Source of the DNA: Longivirga aurantiaca
GTDB taxonomy: Bacteria; Actinomycetota; Actinomycetes; S36-B12; CAIYMF01
Length of the DNA: 32,000 nucleotides
Assembly: GCF_042660085.1 (NCBI RefSeq)
Contig: NZ_JBHSTI010000008.1
Location: forward strand, 1,869,876 to 1,901,875
Direction: 5' to 3'
Part shown: positions 25,012 through 31,949 of the stretch, piece after piece
Layout: every line of letters starts with the position of its first letter
Numbering within the stretch: position 1 is the stretch's first letter
Translations under genes and position numbers: made by a program
Notes under the pieces: model-generated
Seen by the model: the letters and a program-made list of their open reading frames with translations, nothing else
What the model was told of the DNA's origin: nothing
Databases searched by the model: none

Positions 25012-26997
25012 ATGCTCGTGTCGGGACATCGTCGACGCCGGTGGCGCGCGGCAGCGGCTGCCGGCGCGCTGCTGGCCGTCGCGTTCGGGGTCGCGCCCGC
25101 GGCCGCCTCGACGACGGGCGGCATCGTCGGGCGCATCGACGGGTTCGAGCCCGGCAGCAGCGGGACGCTCACGATCGGCTTCTCCGCGCTCGGTCTGACG
25201 GCCGGCCAGTCGGTGGACCAGGGCTCGGTGAAGGTCACCATCGGCGGCCAGCCGGTGGAGGCCACCACGCAGCTCGCCTCCGACTCCGACTCCCTGCCCA
25301 AGCGCACCACCGTGCTCACGATCGACACCAGCGGCAGCATGGCGGAGCAGGGCTTCGTCGAGCCGGCGAAGCAGGCCGCGCGCGCCTACCTCGACGCCGT
25401 GCCCGCCGACGTGCTCGTGGGCCTCGTCTCGTTCAACTCCCAGCCGGCGATCGTCGTGCAGCCGACCACCGATCACGATGCCGTCGCGGCCGCGCTGGAC
25501 ACCCTGCAGTTCCGGGGCGGCACGGCACTGTTCGACGCCGTCATCCAGGCCAACCGCCTGCTCGGCGACGAGGGCATCCGCAGCCAGCTGCTGCTGTCCG
25601 ACGGCCGGGACACCGAGTCGTCCAACAGCGGGGAGAACGCCGCCAAGTCGCTGGTCGACTCGGACGTGACCCTCGACGCCGTGGCCCTCGGCCCGCAGGT
25701 CGACCTCACGCAGCTGCAGGCGCTCGCCACGGCCGGCAACGGCGTCGTGGTGGAGGCGGGAGACTCCCAGCAGCTTACGGACGTCTTCACCTCGGCCGCC
25801 GCGGCCCAGGCCGGCGCCGTCGCGATCACGGCGGTGGTTCCCGAGCCCCTGCGCGGCACCTCGGTCAACGTGGTCGTCAACGCGACGGCCGGCGGCCAGG
25901 CGGTGACCGACGAGGCCCTGTACATCGGCGGTGCCGAGCCCACTGCGGCGCCGACGCAGGACTTCGGCCCCGTGCCGGTCCCGCCTGCCGATCCGGGGAT
26001 CTTCGGCACCACCTGGATCCTGCCCGTCTCGCTCGCGGTCATCGGCCTCGGGCTGTTCGTGCTCCTCGCCGTCGCGTTCCTGTCGACGGACCGCGAGTCG
26101 CAGCAGGCCGGCCGACTGCGCCGTCGGCTGTCGCGCTACTCCCTGACCCCGCGCCAGGAGAGCGCGGCGGCGACCTCCGGCGCCCTCGGCGACAGCGGGG
26201 TCGCCCGCTCGGCCGTGGAGCTCGCCGGCCGCGTCGTCCAGCGGAGGGACATCGACACCGCTCTGGGCACCAAGCTCGAGGCGGCAGGGGTTCCCCTGCG
26301 GCCCGCCGAGTGGCTCCTGATCCACATCGGCATCGCCGTCGGCCTCGCGATCCTGTTCACGCTCCTCAGCGGGTTCAGCGTCCTGGCCACGCTCATCGGC
26401 CTCGCCATCGGGCTCCTGCTGCCGTACGCCTACCTGGCGATCAAGGACGAGCGGCGCAAGTCGCGGTTCGCCGCCCAGCTCCCCGACACGCTGCAGCTGC
26501 TGTCCGGGTCGCTGGCGGCCGGCTACTCGCTCCCCCAGGCCATCGACACCGTCGTGCGCGAGACCGACGGGCCCATGGCCGCCGAGCTCAACCGGGCCAT
26601 CGTCGAGGCCCGGCTCGGCGTCCCGATCGAGGACGCGCTCGAGACCGTCGCCCGCCGGATGAACTCCGTCGACTTCGCGTGGGTGGTGATGGCCATCCGC
26701 ATCCAGCGCGAGGTGGGTGGCAACCTCGCCGAGGTGCTGAGCAACGTCGCGGCCACCATGCGTGAGCGCGAGCGGCTGCGCCGCCAGGTCGAGGTCCTGT
26801 CCGCGGAGGGCCGGCTCTCCGCAGTGATCCTGGCGCTGCTCCCGATCCTCTTCATCGTCTACCTGGTCATCGCCCGGCCCGACTACCTGAGCGTCCTCTA
26901 CACCACGCCCCTCGGCATCCTCATGATCATCGTCGGCGTCATCCTGCTCATCGGCGGCTCGTTCTGGCTCCGCAAGGTCGTCAAGGTGGAGGTCTGA
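25012..26997 (+). CDS. tadB: Fusion protein: signal peptide + beta-rich region + vWA domain + TM + TadB (T2SS-F family platform protein)
   Basis: 661-aa ORF. Residues 1-33 are signal-like (RRRRWRAAAAAGALLAVAFGVAPAAAS). The vWA domain spans about aa 98-262 with a full MIDAS set (DTSGS at 105-109, GGT at 169-171, SDG at 196-198). A Pro-rich linker and a TM (WILPVSLAVIGLGLFVLLAVAFL, about 335-357) follow. The rest is a TadB-like T2SSF domain (LPDTLQLLSGSLAAGYSLPQAI ... AIRIQREVGGNLAEVL ... LSAEGRLSA). Confidence 0.85.
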   Translation: MLVSGHRRRRWRAAAAAGALLAVAFGVAPAAASTTGGIVGRIDGFEPGSSGTLTIGFSALGLTAGQSVDQGSVKVTIGGQPVEATTQLASDSDSLPKRTTVLTIDTSGSMAEQGFVEPAKQAARAYLDAVPADVLVGLVSFNSQPAIVVQPTTDHDAVAAALDTLQFRGGTALFDAVIQANRLLGDEGIRSQLLLSDGRDTESSNSGENAAKSLVDSDVTLDAVALGPQVDLTQLQALATAGNGVVVEAGDSQQLTDVFTSAAAAQAGAVAITAVVPEPLRGTSVNVVVNATAGGQAVTDEALYIGGAEPTAAPTQDFGPVPVPPADPGIFGTTWILPVSLAVIGLGLFVLLAVAFLSTDRESQQAGRLRRRLSRYSLTPRQESAAATSGALGDSGVARSAVELAGRVVQRRDIDTALGTKLEAAGVPLRPAEWLLIHIGIAVGLAILFTLLSGFSVLATLIGLAIGLLLPYAYLAIKDERRKSRFAAQLPDTLQLLSGSLAAGYSLPQAIDTVVRETDGPMAAELNRAIVEARLGVPIEDALETVARRMNSVDFAWVVMAIRIQREVGGNLAEVLSNVAATMRERERLRRQVEVLSAEGRLSAVILALLPILFIVYLVIARPDYLSVLYTTPLGILMIIVGVILLIGGSFWLRKVVKVEV

Positions 26998-26998
26998 C

Positions 26999-27928
26999 AT
27001 GGGCGACGCATTCCTCTGGGTCGGGCTGGCGGCCGTCTTCCTCGGCATCGTCGGCGTCTTCCTCGCCTTCGCGGGCGGCCGGGAGCAGACGGGCGTGGCC
27101 CGCTCCCTCGCAGCGGTCGAGGCCATCCGCGCCGCGCCGAAGAGCATGCGCGACGACCTCGACAAGCCGTTCGGCGAGCGCGTCGGCCAGCCCTTCTTCG
27201 CGGGGCTCACCCGCCTCGGCCGCCGGTTCACGCCGAGCGACCAGACCGCGCGCATGCGTCGGCGGCTCGATCTCGCCGGCAACCCGCCCGGGTGGGACAG
27301 CGACCGCATCATCGCGTTCAAGATGCTCGGACTCATCGTCGGCGGCGCGCTCGGCTTCTTCCTGCCGCTCCTCCTCGGGAGCCCCCTGTGGGCGGTCGTC
27401 CTCGGCATCGGCCTGGCGTTGCTGGGCTTCTGGGTTCCGAACATCGTCCTGTACCAGACCGCCTACAACCGGTCGGAGCGGATCCTCAAGGACCTCCCCG
27501 ACGCGCTCGACCTGCTCGTGATCTCGGTCGAGTCCGGCCTCGGGTTCGACGCCGCGCTCTCCCAGGTGGCCCGCAATACCGAGGGTCCGCTCGCGGAGGA
27601 GTTCTTCCGTGTGCTCCAGGAGATGCAGCTCGGCACCTCCCGGGCGGACTCGCTCCGGGCCCTCGGTGAGCGCAGCGACGTCTCGGACCTCCGCGGCTTC
27701 ATCACGGCCATGGTGCAGGCCGACAGCTTCGGCATCCCGGTCGCGAACGTCCTGCGCATCCAGGCGCGCGAGATGCGGACCCGGCGCTCTCAGCGCGCCG
27801 AGGAGGCCGCGCAGAAGGTGCCGGTCAAGATCCTGTTCCCGCTGATCTTCTGCATCCTGCCCGTGCTGTTCATCGCCATCCTCGGGCCGGCCGTCATCCA
27901 GATCGCCGACGCCTTCAGCGAGTTCTAG
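26999..27928 (+). CDS. tadC: TadC (T2SS-F family platform protein)
   Basis: 309-aa ORF starting 1 nt after the tadB stop. It has LPDALDLLVISVESGLGFDAAL, GIPVANVLRIQAREMR and AEEAAQKVPVKILFPLIFCILP. Confidence 0.85.
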   Translation: MGDAFLWVGLAAVFLGIVGVFLAFAGGREQTGVARSLAAVEAIRAAPKSMRDDLDKPFGERVGQPFFAGLTRLGRRFTPSDQTARMRRRLDLAGNPPGWDSDRIIAFKMLGLIVGGALGFFLPLLLGSPLWAVVLGIGLALLGFWVPNIVLYQTAYNRSERILKDLPDALDLLVISVESGLGFDAALSQVARNTEGPLAEEFFRVLQEMQLGTSRADSLRALGERSDVSDLRGFITAMVQADSFGIPVANVLRIQAREMRTRRSQRAEEAAQKVPVKILFPLIFCILPVLFIAILGPAVIQIADAFSEF

Positions 27929-27956
27929 CAGCTCTGGTCCCCGCCGCCCGGGTCGA

Positions 27957-27972
27957 CCGCACGGTCGTGCGG
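27957..27972. terminator. Short GC hairpin between convergent tadC and the DnaB-C-like gene
   Basis: CCGCAC-ggtc-GTGCGG is a 6-bp stem with a 4-nt loop in a 49-nt convergent gap. Confidence 0.35.
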
Positions 27973-27977
27973 GGTGG

Positions 27978-28994
27978 CTACTCCACGAACAGTCGCGCGT
28001 CGACCAGCTGCTCGGTGACGAGCTCTCCTGCGCGCTCGTACCTCGCCTGCTCGAAGCGCTTGCGGAACTCGAGGTCGACGCCGGCCATGCCGCCGCGGTT
28101 CTTCTCGATGGTCAGCACCGCGAACTGGTGGAAGCGCTCGACGTTCGCGGCGCCGTAGACCAGGTGGTGCCGGGCCACGACGTCGTACTTCTCGTTGAGC
28201 ACGAGCACGACGTCGGCCTCGTAGGCGAGGCTCGAGGCGCCGCGGAGGTTCTGCGTCCGCAGCCGCTTGCCCTCGGAGATGCCGGCCGCGTCGCTCGCGG
28301 AGATCGCGAGCACAGGCACGGACTCGGTCAGCGCGAGGTCCTTGAGCCCTCCCGCGACGTGCGCCATGCGGCGCTCCTCGTCGACCGCGCGCTCGCCCTC
28401 CATCGCGATCTTCTGCACGTAGTCGACGACCACGAGCGGGCGCAGCCCGCCCGTCCTCGCCACCTCGCGCACAGCGGCCTCGATGTCGGTGACCGACGTG
28501 TCGACGCCGCCGCGCAGCACGTGCAGGCGGTCGAGGCCGACCGAGACCGCAGCCAGCGCCTCGGCGCCTCCCGGCGTCTCCGCGAGCTTGTCCGACAGCG
28601 ACATCGACGTGCCGTCGCCCTCGAGCAGTGCCCGCACCGAGCGCAGCGGCACGGCGTCGACCCCGGCGCGCTCCCCCGCCTCGGCCGCAACGAGGCGTTC
28701 GAGGAGGTTGACCGAGTCGTGCTCGTACGACACGTAGAGGACGGCGTGGCCGCCCGCGATGGCCTGCCGGGCGATCTGAAGCGCGAACGTGGTCTTGCCC
28801 ATGCCCTGGGGGCCGCCGAGCAGGATCAGCTCGCCGGGGCGCAGACCGCCCGACAGGTAGCTGTCGAGCGGCATGAAACCCGTCGACCAGGGGGCCTGGG
28901 TCGCAGCCTCGCCCCGTCGGAGACGCGCGTCCGTCTCATCGAGCACGTCCGAGAGCCGCGCGAGCCGGCTGAACTGCGGGGTGTCTGCGGTCAT
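27978..28994 (-). CDS. Stand-alone DnaB-C-terminal-domain-like RecA-fold ATPase (not the replicative helicase)
   Basis: Track ORF 27978..29036, trimmed to ATG 28994 (MTADTPQFS) directly after AGGAGG. The DnaB C-domain motif order is STGFMPLDSYLSGGLRPGELILLGGPQGMGKTTFALQ (H1), LVVVDYVQKI (H2), VPVLAISASD (H3 position, with SQL replaced by SAS), and LRGASSLAYEADVVLVLNE (H4). At 338 aa it lacks the DnaB N-terminal domain and linker. Confidence 0.75.
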   Translation of the reverse strand: MTADTPQFSRLARLSDVLDETDARLRRGEAATQAPWSTGFMPLDSYLSGGLRPGELILLGGPQGMGKTTFALQIARQAIAGGHAVLYVSYEHDSVNLLERLVAAEAGERAGVDAVPLRSVRALLEGDGTSMSLSDKLAETPGGAEALAAVSVGLDRLHVLRGGVDTSVTDIEAAVREVARTGGLRPLVVVDYVQKIAMEGERAVDEERRMAHVAGGLKDLALTESVPVLAISASDAAGISEGKRLRTQNLRGASSLAYEADVVLVLNEKYDVVARHHLVYGAANVERFHQFAVLTIEKNRGGMAGVDLEFRKRFEQARYERAGELVTEQLVDARLFVE

Positions 28995-29108
28995 CCTCCT
29001 ATGCTGGCAGAACCCGCCGTCCCAGGAGGCGGGCACGGCGATGACCGTCGGCGTGGCGCCGCCCCCCGACGGGTCGAGGCACGCGCCGGTGTGCCACCGT
29101 CAGCACTG

Positions 29109-30734
29109 ATGAGCACGAGCAGCCCGGGCGGACCCGGATGGGCGCCCGAACCCGCAGAGTCCACGAGCACCGTGGTGCGCTTCGGCGTGCTCGCCCTGGT
29201 CGGGCTGCTGTGCTACCTCAACGGGCTGGCCGGAGCGACGGTGCCGGTGCGGGACCTCGCCCTGCTCGCAGGCATCGCGGTGCTCGCCAGCCTCCCCCTC
29301 CCGCGCGGCTGGACGATCCTGCGGTGGCGGCCCCTGGCCGAGGCGGTGGCTGCGGGAGCGGTCATCGGGCTCACCGACCCGCTCCAGACCGCGCTGCTGC
29401 CGTATCTGATCGTCCCGCCGCTCGCTGCCGGCCTCGTCTCCGGCATCAGCTTCGCCCTGCTCGCGTCGGCGCTGTCGGTGGCCGCGCTCGCGGGTGGTCG
29501 CGCCGCCGTGGGCGACCTGCTCACCGGCACGGCGTCGGTGACGGCCATCGCGCCCTGGGTCGGCATCGGCGTGGCGACCGGCGTGATCGGCGGGTGGGCG
29601 CGCCGGGTGACGGCCCGCGAGCGCGAGGCGACGTCGACCTACGTCACGGCGCACGGCCTGCTGACACGGCTGCGCGAGGTCGCCCGTGCCCTGCCGACCG
29701 GCCTCGACGAGGTGGCGCTCGCCCAGCAGGTCCTCACCGCGATGAGCGACGAGGTCGAGTTCGACCGGGGCGCTCTGTACGGATCGGCCGGCGGCGGCGT
29801 GCTCATGCCGTTGGCGTACTACGGCGCCGATCACATCGAGTGGGTGCCCGACGTCGACGAGGGCGTCTGGGCGCGGGTCTGGTCCTCCGGCCGGGCGCTG
29901 CAGCAGAGCGGCACCTTCTCCGACCCGTCCACCGGGCACTCGGCCGTGCTCGCCCTCAGCCTGGGCGACAGGCGCGTGGGTCTCGTGGGCATGGAGCGGG
30001 CGGGCGGCCCGTGGGGCCGGCGCGAGATCGCCCGCGCCCAGCAGCTCGTGGACGAGGCCGCGCTCCGGATCGACACGGGCCAGCTGTTCAGCGAGGTCCG
30101 CGCGCTGGCAACGGTCGAGGAACGGCGACGGCTCGCTCGCGAGATCCACGACGGCGTGGCCCAGGAGGTCGCCGCCCTGGGGTTCGTCGTGGACGACCTG
30201 ACGGCCCGCACGACCGATGTCGAGATCCGCGAGGACCTCCGTGGACTGCGCGACGAGCTGACCCGGATCGTGAGCGAGCTGCGCCTGTCGATCTTCGACC
30301 TGCGCAGCGACGTCCAGCCCTCCGCCGGCCTTGGCGCCGCCCTCACGGGCTACGTCCGGAGCGTCGGCGCCGGCTCCGGCCTCACGGTGCACCTGGTGCT
30401 CGACGAGTCCCCGTACCGCCTGCCGATCGAGGCGGAGACCGAGATCCTGCGCGTCGCGCAGGAGGCGATCACCAACGCGCGCAAGCACGCGCGGGCGCGC
30501 AACCTGTGGGTCACCTGCCGGGTCGATCCGCCCCGTGCGTTCCTGCGGGTGGCCGACGACGGCCGCGGCATGGGGACCGCGCGCACGGACTCGTTCGGCC
30601 TCGACGTCATGCGCGAACGGACCGCGCGCCTCGGCGCGAGCCTGACCATCCGGCAGCGGGTGGGCGGTGGGACGGTCGTCGAGGTCACGCTCGGGGGCAG
30701 TGCCGACACCCGTCGCACGAGGTCCACCGCCTGA
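29109..30734 (+). CDS. Membrane sensor histidine kinase (about 5 TM + GAF-like region + HisKA_3 + HATPase_c, NarL-partner class)
   Basis: Track ORF 28128..30734. The start is ATG 29109 (MSTSSPGG), with an alternative GTG at 29091. It has multiple N-terminal hydrophobic helices and the H-box ERRRLAREIHDGVAQEV. The ATPase motifs are AQEAITNARKHA, DDGRGMG and GLDVMRERTARLGASL. Confidence 0.85.
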   Translation: MSTSSPGGPGWAPEPAESTSTVVRFGVLALVGLLCYLNGLAGATVPVRDLALLAGIAVLASLPLPRGWTILRWRPLAEAVAAGAVIGLTDPLQTALLPYLIVPPLAAGLVSGISFALLASALSVAALAGGRAAVGDLLTGTASVTAIAPWVGIGVATGVIGGWARRVTAREREATSTYVTAHGLLTRLREVARALPTGLDEVALAQQVLTAMSDEVEFDRGALYGSAGGGVLMPLAYYGADHIEWVPDVDEGVWARVWSSGRALQQSGTFSDPSTGHSAVLALSLGDRRVGLVGMERAGGPWGRREIARAQQLVDEAALRIDTGQLFSEVRALATVEERRRLAREIHDGVAQEVAALGFVVDDLTARTTDVEIREDLRGLRDELTRIVSELRLSIFDLRSDVQPSAGLGAALTGYVRSVGAGSGLTVHLVLDESPYRLPIEAETEILRVAQEAITNARKHARARNLWVTCRVDPPRAFLRVADDGRGMGTARTDSFGLDVMRERTARLGASLTIRQRVGGGTVVEVTLGGSADTRRTRSTA

Positions 30735-30807
30735 CACGGGTGCGTCCCCGTCCCACCCGCAATGGCCGCATGACATGATCGGCGGGACACCGAGGGGGCC
30801 GGCTCCG

Positions 30808-31449
30808 ATGACGATCAGCGTGCTGCTCGTGGACGACCACGAGCTCATCCGCCAGGGCCTGCGTCGCGCGTTCGAGCGCGACGGTGACTTCACCGTCGCA
30901 GGCGAGGCGGGCTCGCTCGCGGACGCCCGCCGCCTCATCGCGCTCATGCACCCGGACGTCGTGATCCTCGACGTACGGCTCCCCGACGGCAACGGGATCG
31001 AGGCCTGCCGGACGCTGCGCAACGACGACCCCGAGCTCGGCATCGTCATCCTCACGATGTACGCCGGCGACGACACCCTCTTCGACGCCCTCGAGGCCGG
31101 CGCCTCGGCCTTCGTGCCGAAGAACGCGCCGTCCGAGGACGTCGTTGCTGCAGCGCGGCACGCGTCCAGCGCACCGCGCTCGTTCACCTCGGCCGACCTC
31201 AACGAGGCCATGCGCCGCAAGATGTCGCCGACCGGGCCGCAACTGAGCCCGCGTGAGAAGGAGGTCCTGGGCCTGCTCGCCGACGGCCTCGGCGTCGCCC
31301 AGATCAGCCGCCAGCTGTTCATCAGCGAGTCCACGACCAAGACGCACATCAGCAAGCTCTACGACAAGCTCGGAGCGGGCAACAGGGCTCAGGCGCTCAT
31401 GACGGCCCTGCGCCTCGGGCTCCTCAAGCGCGACGAGCCCGGCCTCTGA
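30808..31449 (+). CDS. NarL/LuxR-family response regulator
   Basis: Track ORF 30667..31449, trimmed to ATG 30808 (MTISVLLVDDHELIRQGL) with GAGGGGG upstream. The receiver residues are present (DD, ILDVRLPDG, ILTMY, VPK). The C-terminal LuxR HTH is LSPREKEVLGLLADGLGVAQISRQLFISESTTKTHISKLYDKLG. Confidence 0.9.
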   Translation: MTISVLLVDDHELIRQGLRRAFERDGDFTVAGEAGSLADARRLIALMHPDVVILDVRLPDGNGIEACRTLRNDDPELGIVILTMYAGDDTLFDALEAGASAFVPKNAPSEDVVAAARHASSAPRSFTSADLNEAMRRKMSPTGPQLSPREKEVLGLLADGLGVAQISRQLFISESTTKTHISKLYDKLGAGNRAQALMTALRLGLLKRDEPGL

Positions 31450-31492
31450 GCCTCGGGCGGCTCCAGCCCGTCGTCACAGCGTGACGCGGCGA

Positions 31493-31520
31493 CCGGTCAC
31501 TAGTTCCAATGGGTGACCAG
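31493..31520. repeat. Imperfect inverted repeat in the flp upstream region (possible operator)
   Basis: CCGGTCAC (31493-31500), then the 12-nt AT-rich spacer tagttccaatgg, then GTGACCAG (31513-31520). 7 of 8 positions are complementary. It lies about 130 nt upstream of the flp ATG and 44 nt after the regulator stop. The function is inferred only. Confidence 0.25.
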
Positions 31521-31651
31521 ATGATCACGAATCGTCCGAACGACCGACCCCCATCCGGCTTGACGAGGGAGTCCGCGGTCACGCTCCGCTGCGATAGTGA
31601 ACTCAGCGCCCCGGGCATCGGGGGGAACCACGCAACTGGAGGGGCACTCCC

Positions 31652-31834
31652 ATGATCACTCGAATCCGCACCACGCTTCGTCGCGACGAGGGCGCCTCGG
31701 CAGTGGAGTACGGCCTGCTCGTGGCCGCCATCGCCGCGATCATCGTCGCCGTCGTCTTCCTGCTCGGCAACCGCGTGAACTCGGCCTTCAGCAAGACCAA
31801 CTCCTGCATCTCGACCACGGGCGTTGGCTGCTGA
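31652..31834 (+). CDS. flp: Flp-family type IVb prepilin
   Basis: 60-aa ORF with GGAGGGG 6 nt upstream. MITRIRTTLRRDEG/ASAVEYGLLVAAIAAIIVAVVFLLG matches the Flp motif: a basic leader, a G/A cleavage site, EY at +5/+6, and a hydrophobic helix. The predicted mature pilin is 46 aa and ends NSCISTTGVGC. Confidence 0.85.
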   Translation: MITRIRTTLRRDEGASAVEYGLLVAAIAAIIVAVVFLLGNRVNSAFSKTNSCISTTGVGC

Positions 31835-31850
31835 CGCAGCACTGACCACC

Positions 31851-31886
31851 GAGGGGGTCGTCGGGCAGCCGCCCGGCGGCCCCCTC
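31851..31886 (+). terminator. Very strong hairpin 17 nt after the flp stop
   Basis: GAGGGGGTCGTCGGGC (31851-31866), loop AGCC, GCCCGGCGGCCCCCTC (31871-31886). The 16-bp stem has 14 Watson-Crick pairs and 2 G-U pairs. There is no U-tract. Confidence 0.65.
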
Positions 31887-31949
31887 GATCATGTCCGTGA
31901 CCGCGAGGCCGCGGGCGCACAGGCACCGGACGAGGAGACAGGGACGACG

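Noticed and set aside
27978-28994. Interpretation of the DnaB-like gene as the replicative helicase DnaB.
   Set aside because: At 338 aa it lacks the N-terminal helical domain and linker. The H3 SQL motif is altered. The genomic context (tad, two-component system) differs from the usual rpsF-ssb-rplI-dnaB region.
31560-31598. TTGACG (31560-31565) as a -35 box with GATAGT (31593-31598) as a -10 box for flp.
   Set aside because: The spacer is 27 nt, far from the 16-18 nt needed. No TANNNT hexamer sits at the proper distance, so I do not call a promoter.
31509-31655. A 48-codon upstream ORF (MGDQMITNRPNDRPPSGLTRES...) whose TGA overlaps the flp ATG (ATGA), which looks like a coupled leader peptide.
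   Set aside because: Its third-position G/C is visibly lower (about 35 of 48 codons) than in the real genes here. It has no RBS and no hydrophobic or Flp-like character. It spans the inverted repeats of the promoter region. It is most likely non-coding.
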